Notes: generated from the letters alone by a model not told the origin. DNA of 64,000 nt from an uncultured beta proteobacterium (GCA_963810175.1 CAWEMU010000053.1:85515-149514), one strand, 5' to 3'; shown: positions 10,826 to 20,697, numbered from the stretch's first letter. A program made the numbers and translations.

Positions 10826-11599
10826 ATGGTACGCAAGAAACTGGTGCTCAGCCTGCTGGCAGTCATGCTTGCAGCGCCCGGCATCCATGCACAGACCGCG
10901 CCGGCCGCCGCTGCCGCACCGGCGGCGGCAAATGCCGTCGATCCGGCATCGATCCAGGCCCTCAAGAGCATGGGCGCCCATCTGCAGACCCTCACGCGCT
11001 TCAAGGTATCGACCGACCTGACCGGCGAGCGCGTTCTTGCCGACGGCCAGAAGCTGCAGCACTCGGCGACGGCGAACATCGAGGTCGTGCGTCCCAACAT
11101 GCTGCGTGCCCGCATGTTCAGCGCCCGCGCCGAACGCGAGATCTTCTACGACGGCAAACTGGCGACCATCTTCATCCCGGCGCAAAAGGCCTACTCGACC
11201 GTCGAATTCACCGGGAACCTCGGCGAACTCGTCAGCAAGCTGGAAGACCGCTACGGCGTCGAGATTCCGATGGCCGACATGTTCCTCTGGGGCACGCCGG
11301 CGGCGCCGCTCGACAAGATCGAATCGGCGATGAATGCCGGCCAGGACTTCATCGACAACGACCTCTGTGACCATTACGCCTTCCGCCAGGGCAACGTCAA
11401 CTGGCAGATCTGGATCACCACCGGGGCCAAGCCGCTGCCGCGCAAGCTCGTGATCACCAACCGTTCCGACGACGCGCGTCCGCAGTCGGTCCAGTATTTC
11501 GACTGGAACCTCAAGCCGACCTTCAAGGACAGCATCTTCAAATTCACGCCGCCCAAGGGCGCGACCGCGGTCGAACTTCGTTCGCTGGAAAGCAAGTAA
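10826..11599 (+). CDS. DUF2092 family periplasmic protein (LolA-like fold)
   Basis: AGGAG RBS, signal peptide, YDGK, CDHYAFRQ, WQIWI..G..PLPRKLVIT. Confidence 0.85.
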   Translation: MVRKKLVLSLLAVMLAAPGIHAQTAPAAAAAPAAANAVDPASIQALKSMGAHLQTLTRFKVSTDLTGERVLADGQKLQHSATANIEVVRPNMLRARMFSARAEREIFYDGKLATIFIPAQKAYSTVEFTGNLGELVSKLEDRYGVEIPMADMFLWGTPAAPLDKIESAMNAGQDFIDNDLCDHYAFRQGNVNWQIWITTGAKPLPRKLVITNRSDDARPQSVQYFDWNLKPTFKDSIFKFTPPKGATAVELRSLESK

Positions 11600-11611
11600 A
11601 GGAGCGCCAAA

Positions 11612-12132
11612 ATGAAAAAATCATTCAGCAAGTTGTTCCTGGCACCCCTGACGGTTCTCGTTCTGGCCAGCTTCGCCATGGCCCCGGTCGCCGAGGCGCG
11701 TGGTGGCGGTGGCGGCGGTCATGGGCGGTGGCGCGTGCCGGGCGGCGGTGGCGGCGTGGCGGTGGCGGCGACCAGCAGGTCAATAACTCCAATCGCGACG
11801 TGCGGGCCAACAATGTGCGCAGCACCAGCGTGAACAACGTCAGCAACCGGAACACCAACATCAACGCCAACAAGAACGTCAATGTCAATGTCAACAACAA
11901 CCGCGGCGGTTGCTGCGGCGGCGGCTGGGACAATGATTACCATCCGGTGGCGACGGCGGCGGCAGTCACGGCAGCGGTTGTCGTCACGTCCGCCGTCGTC
12001 GGCTCGATGGTGCGTACCGTTCCCGCCGGCTGTGTCCCCGTGAACTATGGCGGCATGATCTATCAGCAGTGCGGCAGCACCTGGTATCAGCCGCAGGGCT
12101 CGCAGTATGTGGTGATCAATCCGCCGTACTGA
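11612..12132 (+). CDS. Secreted Gly- and Asn/Val-rich hypothetical protein, frameshifted within the Gly-repeat region
   Basis: AGGAG RBS and signal peptide (ORF 11612) joined to the N/V-rich segment and Cys-containing C-terminal domain (ORF 11728-12132). Confidence 0.7.
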
Positions 12133-12145
12133 TGTATTGCCGAAG

Positions 12146-12174
12146 AGGACCGCGAAGTTTGCGGTCCTTTTTTT
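12146..12174 (+). terminator. Rho-independent terminator, target of the IIC intron
   Basis: AGGACCGC/GCGGTCCT stem followed by a T-run. Confidence 0.9.
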
Positions 12175-12604
12175 GGTGCGCCCGGCAGGGCGCACTCACT
12201 TGGAGGTGGGAGTCCTCTACTCGCCCGACAAGGGGAAGAGTTAGCCGAACGGCAAGGGTGTTCTGGGCGACTGGAAATCTGGAGGAAGCCGAAGGCAAAG
12301 CGCTGGTCTGACGAACAGGAAGCGGATAGGAGGCGGCACGGCGGGGTGAGCAGGCCAATATCTGTGAAGCCCGAAACGTGTACGGAACGCCGTGACGTAT
12401 ATCCGACGGACATAAGCGTGAAGGTGGGTGCGTCATACCCGGGGAGATCTGCAAGGGTGCCGAGGGGAACCTCCGTGCTACCGGCATCGAGAGGTGTCGG
12501 GAGGCTCATGCAGAAGTCAGCAGAGGCCATAGTAGGGGTCAGCACGAACCGAAGGGCCGAACATTGAAAGCCGCAAGTAGGCGGCGGGACCACACGGACA
12601 GTCG

Positions 12605-14001
12605 ATGAAGGCAGAAGACTCGCGGCAAGCGAATACCCAGACGGAGGAACCGGCGCGGAACGCCGGCGGGGCTGGCCTGGGCGCCGAGACTGACGTGACG
12701 ACCCGTCTGCGGACGAAAGCGGAGTGGGAGCAGGAAAGCGGGTTGATGGAAGCCGTGTGCGAACGTGGCAACCTGAAGCTCGCGTATCAGCGGGTGGTCG
12801 AGAACAAAGGTGCTGCCGGAGTCGATGGCATCGGAATCGCCGAGTTCAAGGATCACCTCAAGCAACACTGGCCGACGATCAAGGCTAAGTGCTGGCGGGG
12901 GAGTACATGCCCCAACCAGTGCGACGGGTGGACATACCGAAGCCGCAAGGCGGAACGAGGACACTCGGCATCCCAACGCTGACGGATCGGATGATCCAGC
13001 AAGCGTTGCATCAGGTGCTCTCGCCGATCTTCGAGGCTGACTTCTCCGAATCGAGCTACGGCTTCCGACCGGGGAGGAACGCCCATCAAGCAGTCAAGGC
13101 GGCCAAGCAGTATGTCGCCGAAGGCCGCAGGATTGTGGTTGACATGGATTTGGAGAAGTTCTTTGACCGCGTCAATCATGATCTACTGATGCAGAAACTC
13201 TCAGCGAAGATCGACGACGGGCGAGTGCTTCGCCTCATTCGCCGGTATCTCGAAGCCGGGATGATGGCAGACGGGATGGTATCCCAACGGACGGAAGGTA
13301 CGCCGCAAGGCGGGCCCTTGAGTCCGCTGCTGTCGAACATCCTGCTGACGGAACTGGATCGGGAACTGGAACGCCGAGGCCACGCCTTCTGCCGCTATGC
13401 CGACGACTGCAACATCTATGTCCGAAGCCAGCAGGCAGGAGAGCGGGTCATGGCGAGCGTCACCCGGTTTCTGGCGGACACGCTCAAGCTCGCGGTCAAT
13501 GCGACCAAGAGCGCGGTGGCGCATCCATGGAAGAGGAAGTTTCTGGGCTACAGTTTGACGTGGCACAAGGTCCCGAGACTGAAGATTGCGCCGACCAGCC
13601 TGAAACGGCTGGAAGACAAAATCCGTGAAGTACTCCAAGGCGCGAGAGGGCGCAGCCTGACGACGGTCATCACCGAACTCAACCCGATCCTGCGCGGCTG
13701 GATGGCGTATTTCAAGCTGACCGAGACCAAGAAGGTGCTGGAAGAGCTGGATGGCTGGATCAGGCACAAACTGCGCTGCATCCTGTGGCGGCAGTGGAAA
13801 CGTCCTTATACTCGCGCCACAAACCTGATAAAGGCGGGACTGACGGAAGAACGGGCGTTTCGCTCGGCCTTCAACCAACGCGGGCCGTGGTGGAACAGTG
13901 GCGCGAGCCACATGAACCAGACTTTCCCGAAGTCCTTCTTTGATCGATTAGGTCTGGTGTCGCTGCTCGATACGATGCGACGACTCCAGTGTGTTCAATG
14001 A
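12605..14001 (+). CDS. ltrA: Group II intron reverse transcriptase/maturase (no En domain), frameshift near 12890
   Basis: NKGAAGVDG, RTLGIPT, SYGFRPGR, DLEKFFD, GTPQGGPLSPLL, RYADD, FLGY, maturase LNPILRGW. Confidence 0.93.
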
Positions 14002-14072
14002 ACCGCCGGATGCGGAACCGCACGTCCGGTGGTGTGGGAGGACGGCGGGGGTGACCCCGCCTCCTACCCGAT
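14000..14072 (+). ncRNA. Group II intron catalytic domains V-VI
   Basis: Canonical DV/DVI sequence and hairpins ending in AT. Confidence 0.9.
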
Positions 14073-14220
14073 GCTGTGCCTGATTCATGAGGGCGGCAGG
14101 ACGAGCCGCTCGGCAAGAACCGGCTCTGCCGACAGGGGGTGACCGGATAGCGACAGCAGTGCGGTTGATCAAGGCTCTGAAGCTGTCGGTAACCGAGGAG
14201 GCTGCGCGCTGGCCTAACAG

Positions 14221-14267
14221 CCTGGTAACTCATGGACTGTAAACGAAGATTTCGCCGATCAATGCCA
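14221..14267 (-). repeat. 47-bp repeat copy 1 (inverted relative to 20651-20697)
   Basis: Reverse complement TGGCATTGATCGGCGAAATCTTCGTTTACAGTCCATGAGTTACCAGG, 46/47 identical to copy 2. Confidence 0.92.
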
Positions 14268-14332
14268 TGGTCATCTATCGGATTGATTGTCAACACACCC
14301 TAGGTTTCGAAAATTGGGCTGCTCGCAGCATC

Positions 14333-14911
14333 TCACTGCAGATCGAGCGGCGTGACCCGGTTGCCGTTCAGGCTAAGGTTCGCCATCAGACCCCCATTCG
14401 TGAGAACGAATCCGACGATCGTCTGCTGGGCGGTCCGGGTTGTCACGCGGGCATCGGCACCCACCGTCAACAGGGACACCGAACCATCGACACCCGCCGT
14501 CCATCCTCTGCTGGATTCGAATCGGCTCAGTACTTCCTGCGTCATGAAGAGGATGAAGACCGCCTGCGATTGCGCGCCCGCGAGTAGTCCGACCGAGGCC
14601 TCGGTCATTCGGAAGTAGCCCGTGGTCTTGCCGCCCTGGCGCATTGCGCCCTGACCGTGTGCGCCACCGACGACGAAGCCGGCCGAGACAAACGATGGAA
14701 AGACCAGGACTCCTCGCGCCGATGAGACCATTTCCTCAGATCCTCTGGCTTCCCTGTAAAGGCGCGAGAGGGCACTGTCGACCGCCGAATCGATAGCCTG
14801 TCGCCGGGCAACGGGATCTCCCGAGGCGCCGCCCGTGGTCGTGCAGCCGGCCGAAATGACTGTAAGGGCGGCCAGTGATGCGCCGGCGGTCAAGAATTCA
14901 CGTTTGTTCAT
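14333..14911 (-). CDS. YSC84/SYLF-domain lipoprotein
   Basis: KREFL Tat-like signal, lipobox SAGC; GVLVFP, AGFVVGGAHGQG, ASVGLLAGAQ, GGLMANLSL. Confidence 0.85.
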   Translation of the reverse strand: MNKREFLTAGASLAALTVISAGCTTTGGASGDPVARRQAIDSAVDSALSRLYREARGSEEMVSSARGVLVFPSFVSAGFVVGGAHGQGAMRQGGKTTGYFRMTEASVGLLAGAQSQAVFILFMTQEVLSRFESSRGWTAGVDGSVSLLTVGADARVTTRTAQQTIVGFVLTNGGLMANLSLNGNRVTPLDLQ

Positions 14912-15318
14912 GAGTCGATCCTTTCTCTCGTGGGGAACATACGTTTCGCAAGATGCATGCGCATCGTGCGGAAGCAACAACGGGTAATCCGACGCCCGCT
15001 AAAGAAGTATGGTCTTCGCAGGCAGCGGCAGTCAAGCGAAGACCCTCTCCCGCGAACGCCCGAACGGCCTCGGCAATCGCAACTCGGTCCCTTTCTGGGT
15101 GATCGATGCGTCGTCAGCCTCGGGTGTTCTGAGGATCGCCGGCCATTGGCCACTTCGGACCGTGAGGCGATGTTTTCCCGCGCGCCAGACGCGAGGGGCC
15201 TCGGCCACCGTCGTGGGCGACCTGACAGGGCCTGTTCATCGGCACCGGATCGAAGGCTGCGCTGCCTTTGATGTCGCCATCACCGGGAATATCCCAGTGG
15301 CGGTTGCGGCGGGGAAGA

Positions 15319-16020
15319 TCAGGGGGCGAGATCGAAGACCAGCACTTCGGCATCCTGGCCGTCGGCCAGCGCCAGGCTGGATTCGTCGGCCAGCAGGGCG
15401 GCATCGCCTTTCTGCAATTTCTGGCCGTTGACCGTGAGGCTGCCGCGCACCAGATGCACATAAGCCTTGCGCGCCGGGTCGAGCGGCAGGGTGGCTGATT
15501 CCTGGCCGTCGAACAGTCCGGCGTAGATTGACGCGTCGGCATGGATGGTGACCGAGTCCTCGGCACCCGCTTCCGAGGCAATCAGGCGCAAGCGGCCGCG
15601 CTTCCCGGCGGCCGGGAAGGTCTTCTGCTCATAGCCGGGGGGGATCCCTTTGTGGCGCGGCAGGATCCATATCTGGAAAAGGTGGGTAGTCGCGTCCGGC
15701 GCGTGGTTGAACTCGCTGTGCAGGACGCCGCTGCCGGCGCTCATCCGCTGCACGTCGCCGGGGGGGATGTCGGTGCCGTTGCCCATGCTGTCCTGGTGGG
15801 CGAGCATGCCGTCGGTCACATAGGTGACGATTTCCATGTCGCGGTGGCCGTGCTTGCCGAAGCCGGTACCCGGTGCGACGTAGTCTTCATTGATCACGCG
15901 CAGGTTGCCCCAGCCCATGTGCGCCGGATCGTGGTAATCCGCGAACGAGAACGAGTGGTGGCTCTGCAGCCAGCCGTGGTCGGCGTAGCCACGATCTTCG
16001 GATTTGCGAACGGTCAGCAT
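15319..16020 (-). CDS. yhhW: Pirin family protein (YhhW-like)
   Basis: HGWLQSHHSFSFA, GFGKHGHRDMEI, MSAGSGVLHSE. Confidence 0.93.
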   Translation of the reverse strand: MLTVRKSEDRGYADHGWLQSHHSFSFADYHDPAHMGWGNLRVINEDYVAPGTGFGKHGHRDMEIVTYVTDGMLAHQDSMGNGTDIPPGDVQRMSAGSGVLHSEFNHAPDATTHLFQIWILPRHKGIPPGYEQKTFPAAGKRGRLRLIASEAGAEDSVTIHADASIYAGLFDGQESATLPLDPARKAYVHLVRGSLTVNGQKLQKGDAALLADESSLALADGQDAEVLVFDLAP

Positions 16021-16050
16021 GGGCGGGGCTCCTTGGGCGGAAGTGACGAG

Positions 16051-16629
16051 TTACTGCTTGATGGCTTCGATGGCGATGTCGATGCGGACGTCGTCACCGA
16101 CATTCGGTGCGTACTTGCCGGCGTTGAATTCGGAACGCTTGACCATCGTCCAGGCGTTGGCGCCGATGGCATCCTTCTTCAGCATCGGGTGCGGCGCGGC
16201 CTTGAAATCGGTCACGGTCAGCGTCACCGGCTTCGTCACGCCCTTGAGGGTCAGGTTGCCTTCGACCTTGGCCGGCTTGTCGCCGTCGAAGACGACCTTG
16301 GTCGACTTGAAAGTGGCGGTCGGGTACTTGGCGGTGTCGAGGAAATCCTCGCCCTGGATGTGCTCGTTGAAGGTGGCGTAGCCGGTATCGACGGATTTGG
16401 CGTCGATCACGATGTCGACCGCGCCGGTCCTGGCGGCCTTGTCGAAAACGACGGTGCCGGTGGTCTTGTCGAAGCGGCTGAGCTGGGTTGAATAGCCGAA
16501 GTGGCTGTACGAGAAACGCGGGAAGGTGTGGGTGCCGTCGACGACGTAGGTTTCCGGGGCGGCCAGCGCCGGGGAGGCGGCAGCGGCGGCGAGGATGAGG
16601 ACGGCCGAGAGTTTGCTGAGCTTGGTCAT
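16051..16629 (-). CDS. YceI family protein
   Basis: Signal peptide; HTFPRFSYSHFG, SVDTG, KYPTATFKST, GNLTLKGVTKPV. Confidence 0.93.
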   Translation of the reverse strand: MTKLSKLSAVLILAAAAASPALAAPETYVVDGTHTFPRFSYSHFGYSTQLSRFDKTTGTVVFDKAARTGAVDIVIDAKSVDTGYATFNEHIQGEDFLDTAKYPTATFKSTKVVFDGDKPAKVEGNLTLKGVTKPVTLTVTDFKAAPHPMLKKDAIGANAWTMVKRSEFNAGKYAPNVGDDVRIDIAIEAIKQ

Positions 16630-16656
16630 GGTGATTCTCCTGTGGTGGGTTGGGGG

Positions 16657-17214
16657 TTACTTGCCTGTTGCGGTGATGCGGAACTTGATCTGGACCTCGT
16701 TGGCGACGATGTCGAATTTGGCCCACGAGCCTTCGCCGATCGAGAAATCGCCGCGGCGGATCGTGAAGCTGCCGTCGAAGACGCCGCTGTTGCCCTGCGC
16801 CGTGAAGGTGGCGGGAACGACGACCTCCTGGGTCTTGCCCTTGATCGTCAACTGGCCGGCGACTTCGTACTTGTTGCCGCCGAGCGCCTTGACGCTGCTG
16901 GAAACAAAGCGCGCCGTCGGGAAGGCCTTGGTGTTGAACCACGGCTTGCCGGCCACCTCGTCGTCGCCTTCCGGCGCGCCGGTATCGACGCTGGCCAGTT
17001 CGACATCGAAGGTCGCTTTGGCGGCCGTGGGCTTGGCCGGGTCGAAGCTGAGCTGGCTGGAAAAGCGCTTGAATTTGCCGTTGACCGCGACGCCCATCTG
17101 CTTGTAGGTGAAGTTGATGGCGCTCTTGTCGGTTTGCACCTGGTTGAATTCGACGGCCTGGGCGGCGAGGGGCAGGGCGCAGGCGAGGGCAAGGGCGAGG
17201 GCGAGGCGTTTCAT
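16657..17214 (-). CDS. YceI family protein
   Basis: Signal peptide MKRLALALA; KQMGVAVNGKF, SVDTG, GQLTIKG. Confidence 0.9.
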   Translation of the reverse strand: MKRLALALALACALPLAAQAVEFNQVQTDKSAINFTYKQMGVAVNGKFKRFSSQLSFDPAKPTAAKATFDVELASVDTGAPEGDDEVAGKPWFNTKAFPTARFVSSSVKALGGNKYEVAGQLTIKGKTQEVVVPATFTAQGNSGVFDGSFTIRRGDFSIGEGSWAKFDIVANEVQIKFRITATGK

Positions 17215-17216
17215 GG

Positions 17217-17760
17217 TCATTTCTCCGTGGCGTGGGAAGGCAACATGCGGGTCAGGATGTCGTCCTTGTCGATGAAGTGGTGTTTCAATGCGGCGCCGGT
17301 GTGCCCGGCGATGACGGCGACGAACAGCAGGTTGAGGCTCATGTGGACGGTCTGCAGCAGGTCGCCGAGTTCCTTGTTCTTGCCGAGCAGGTCGGGGATG
17401 GGCAGGACGCCGAACCAGACGGTCTGGAAGCCCTTGGCCGAACTCATCAGCCAGCCGGAGAGCGGGATGGCGATCATCAGCGCGTAGAGCAGGAAATGAC
17501 CGGCGTGCGCCGCCAGTTGCATGACCTTGGGCATGCGTGTCCGGCAGCGCGGGGGGCCGGTGCGTGACGCGCCAGAACAGACGGAACCAGACGAGCAGGA
17601 AAGCGGTGACCCCGGCCCACTTGTGCCAGGAGTAGAGCTTCAGCTTTTCGGGCGACAGCGGCAGGTCGTGCATGTAGAAGCCGAGCGCCAGAAGCCCGAA
17701 GAAGAGGATGGCCATCAGCCAGTGCAGGCCCTTCGCGGTTCTTGTGTAATGGGTTGTCAC
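17217..17760 (-). CDS. Cytochrome b561 (YceJ-like), frameshift near 17535
   Basis: LHWLMA, YSWHKWAG, H..LY.LM..IPLSG, GHTGAALKHHF across two frames. Confidence 0.88.
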
Positions 17761-17762
17761 GG

Positions 17763-18567
17763 TCAACCTCCTTGTCGGGGCAGGAATGAATAGGCGTCCA
17801 TGGCGATGACGTAATCGTCGATGCCCGAATGGAAGCGCTCGGCGCGGGCGTTCTTCGCCGCCGGCACCGAGTGCGACATACAGCGGCAGCAAATGTTCAT
17901 CGCTCGGATGCGACTGCACGGCGCCCGGCGCCTGACGGCGGTAGTCGAGCAGGGCGGAAATGTCGCCGGCGTCCAGACGGGCGGCGATCCAGTCGGCGAA
18001 CTGGCGCACGTAGGCCGGCGTCTGGCCGCCGTTGCGCGCCGCGGTCTGGTAGTCGCGCAGGTTGTGCGTGACATTGCCCGAGCCGATGATCAGGAAGCCC
18101 CTGGCGGCGAGAGGCGCCAGCGCCTGCCCGAGCTGCCAGGCCTGTTGCGGACCGCCGCGGCTCTGGATCGAGAGCGGGATGACCGGCACGTCGGCTTCGG
18201 GGAACATCAGGCGCAGCGGCACCCAGGCGCCGTGGTCGAGGCCGCGCCCGGGATCCTGCTCGACCGGCAGGCCGGCGCTCCGGATGGCGGCGACGACTTC
18301 CTCGGCGGCTTCGCGGCAACCCGTGGCCGGGTAGTGCAGGGCGTAGAGTTCTTCCGGAAAGCCCCAGAAGTCGTGGATCGTTTCCGGGCGGTCGGCAAGA
18401 CCGACCGTCGGCAGTAGCGTATCCCAGTGCGCGCTGATGATGACGATGGCGCGCGGTAGCGGCAGGAACTGCGCCTGGCGGGCCAGCGCCGCACCGGCCG
18501 CGCCGGGGCGCAGCGCGACGGTCGGCGCGCCGTGCGGGACGAAGAGAGCGGGCTGGGTCTGTGTCAT
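17763..18567 (-). CDS. DODA-type extradiol ring-cleavage dioxygenase (YgiD/LigB family), frameshift near 17855
   Basis: FVPHGAP, ISAHW, HDFWGFP, RGLDHGAWVPL, GSGNVTHNL, HPSDEHLLPL. Confidence 0.9.
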
Positions 18568-18626
18568 GCGAACAACTCCTGAAGCGATGTGCGCACTGTA
18601 GTCTTCTTGCTTGATCAGAAATAGGT

Positions 18627-18664
18627 GACAATCTGCAAATTAATAGTGCAGAAATGGCAACAAT
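18627..18664. promoter_or_regulatory. Putative LysR operator upstream of the DODA operon
   Basis: GACAATC-N13-TGC-N7-GCAACAAT containing a T-N11-A box; same architecture at 21664-21701. Confidence 0.65.
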
Positions 18665-18863
18665 TGCTGCGCCTCGCCGGGATGCGGCTGTTCATCCAGG
18701 TCGGCGACCAGGGAGTCTTTCCGCGGCGCGCCTGCCGTGGATGGTCCGGCAGGAGTCGAACGGCAGGTGCCCGGTGGCCAGCGCACGGGCGTAGCCGGGA
18801 AAGAAGGGCCTTGCGGGCAGCGCCCGGGTTGTCCGGCTGCCGCGGGACATGCCTTGGTCGCGC

Positions 18864-20366
18864 CTAACGCCGGTCGCGATGGGAAATCTCGACCACGCGC
18901 GCCCGCCGCGCGAGCTGTTCGACCAATGCGGTGGCCTTGGCGCGATTGGCGGGGTCAAGATTTGCGTCCCATTCGTCGAGCAGGTAGACCGGGTGCATCG
19001 TATTCGCGACGATCTCCCTGAGTACCCGCAACTGCCGCTCTCCCGAGGAGTAACCCTTCTTCAGCTCGGATTCCTCGGCCGCATTCATCTGGGCGGCATC
19101 GGGAACGTCTTCCTCGGTGTCGTCGTTTTCCGCGGTGACCGGCGTGACGGTTGCCTGGGCGCTGCGGTTGAACTCGAATGCCAGGCGATCGTGCGTCGGC
19201 CAGTAGTAAGCCTGTCCGCGCAAATGGTTCTTGAGCGCGGCCAGCAGCGTGGACTTGCCGGCGCCGTTGCCACCGCGCAGTGACACAAGGCCGGTGGGGG
19301 CAGCCAGGACATAGTGCACCGCGTCGGCCAGCGAGGAGCATTCCCGCTCCTGCGTCCCGTCCTTGAGTTCGAGGCGGCCGAAACCGATCCGGTCGACAAA
19401 CCCGGGATCCGCCGCCGGCTCGATATGCTCGCAAACTCCCTTGATGCGCGTCCACACGGCGATCATGTCGGTCAGCCCGGCGGTGAGTTGATGCATGTCC
19501 AGCGTCATCTCGATCTGCCGTGGCAGTGTTGCCGCGAGGGCGATCAGCAGGGCGGTGTTGCCGACATCCTGCACGGCCACCCAGGCAGTCGTTGACAGCA
19601 CGATCAGCAGCGCGATGACCCCGCTGATCGCGCTCCAGCCCTCGCGCGCCAGGATCGCCCTGATCTGCGCGACCAGGGCGTCGTGCAGCCGCTGGCGGAA
19701 ATCGCGGTGCCAGCGGGCGAAATTGTAGCGGTTGCCGCTGAAGATATTGTCCCAGGCATTGTAGGTGCGCGCCCGCATGCGGTTGGTCATGCGCTGGTTG
19801 TGCAGGAAGGCCGCCGCCAGCGGCTTGCGCAGCAGCCACTGCAGGCTGATCAGGATGACGAACACGACGGCAAAGGAAAGCGGCAGACCGGCGTCGATTT
19901 CGAAGCCGAGAACGGCGGAATTGAACAGCAGTTGAAAGAAGATGCGCAGATAGAACTGCAGGTTGTAGATCAGGTCGAAACAGATGTCGAAGGTTTCGCT
20001 GGTCAGGAACGGCTCGACCTGCTCGCGGCTGGCGGGGTCGGCCAGCAGGGTGGTGCGGAAGCGGTTGCGCCGCGCGAAATGCAGCATGTAGCGCCCGAAG
20101 GCCGCGAAGCCGGCGCGCTCGGCGAAGATCCAGCTGACCGCGCCGGCGAGATAGGAAAGCGTCTGCGCCACGATGATGGCGACGAAGCCGCCGGCCGTAA
20201 CGTGTTCCTCGGTGATGTCGCGGGCGATCTCGATCACCAGCCAGGTGGTCACCGCTCCGCAGGCTTCCTGAACGATGATCAGCAGCAGCATGCCCAATGC
20301 CGCCGCGCTGGCGAAGAAGCGAAGAAAGTCTCTCGGGTGAAAGTTCGCTGAAGGGGTCAAGGACAT
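18864..20366 (-). CDS. Atypical fused ABC exporter (TM domain plus compact ATPase)
   Basis: Several TM helices; Walker A GGNGAGKST, signature YSSGERQ, Walker B YLLDEWDANLD, ISH switch. Confidence 0.8.
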   Translation of the reverse strand: MSLTPSANFHPRDFLRFFASAAALGMLLLIIVQEACGAVTTWLVIEIARDITEEHVTAGGFVAIIVAQTLSYLAGAVSWIFAERAGFAAFGRYMLHFARRNRFRTTLLADPASREQVEPFLTSETFDICFDLIYNLQFYLRIFFQLLFNSAVLGFEIDAGLPLSFAVVFVILISLQWLLRKPLAAAFLHNQRMTNRMRARTYNAWDNIFSGNRYNFARWHRDFRQRLHDALVAQIRAILAREGWSAISGVIALLIVLSTTAWVAVQDVGNTALLIALAATLPRQIEMTLDMHQLTAGLTDMIAVWTRIKGVCEHIEPAADPGFVDRIGFGRLELKDGTQERECSSLADAVHYVLAAPTGLVSLRGGNGAGKSTLLAALKNHLRGQAYYWPTHDRLAFEFNRSAQATVTPVTAENDDTEEDVPDAAQMNAAEESELKKGYSSGERQLRVLREIVANTMHPVYLLDEWDANLDPANRAKATALVEQLARRARVVEISHRDRR

Positions 20367-20461
20367 GGGTGGCTGAGTGACCGGAAGGGTGTCCTGCTTG
20401 CCCGCAGGCCAGGGAAACGTCCGTACGGGCAGCGCAAGGAAGCAGAAAGCGACGCTCAAAG

Positions 20462-20493
20462 CACGGAAAGCAGACTCGCGTCTGCTTTCCGTG
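20462..20493 (-). terminator. Perfect 14-bp stem-loop (terminator, attenuator or stabiliser)
   Basis: CACGGAAAGCAGAC/GTCTGCTTTCCGTG; GCGA tetraloop on the minus strand; only a short U-tract. Confidence 0.75.
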
Positions 20494-20528
20494 GCTTGCT
20501 CAAGAACGGCGTCGTCAGTCGGACGCCA

Positions 20529-20564
20529 TTACTTGGCTTTTTTGGTCTTTTTCTTGGCGGCCAT
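20529..20564 (-). CDS. Putative 11-aa Lys-rich micropeptide MAAKKKTKKAK
   Basis: AAGGAAC SD-like sequence just upstream of ATG; clean ORF with TAA; followed by a strong hairpin. Confidence 0.55.
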   Translation of the reverse strand: MAAKKKTKKAK

Positions 20565-20650
20565 GGTCAGGTTCCTTGGTGTGGTTGATTGAAGGTTGCG
20601 AACAGTCGAGCATGCAGCAGTCAGTTCGTGGCGGCATTTATAAATGACTT

Positions 20651-20697
20651 TGGCATTGATCGGCGAAATCTTCGTTTACAGTCAATGAGTTACCAGG
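20651..20697 (+). repeat. 47-bp repeat copy 2
   Basis: TGGCATTGATCGGCGAAATCTTCGTTTACAGTCAATGAGTTACCAGG; abuts the IS5 left end. Confidence 0.92.

Larger units (their letters stand above)
12176..14072 (+). mobile_element. Group II intron, class IIC
   Basis: 5' GTGCG immediately after the terminator; RT ORF; domain V GAACCGCCGGATGCGGAACCGCACGTCCGGTGG (CGC triad) and domain VI ending ...CCTACCCGAT. Confidence 0.95.

Noticed and set aside
12605-14001. RT as retron, DGR or CRISPR-associated RT
   Set aside because: Intron boundaries, DV/DVI and the maturase domain identify a group II intron; no TR/VR pair, msr-msd or cas genes seen
16657-18567. 636-aa ORF appearing to fuse DODA dioxygenase, cytochrome b561 and YceI
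   Set aside because: Produced by two frameshifts; each gene has its own RBS and start, and the true C-termini of DODA and b561 lie in other frames
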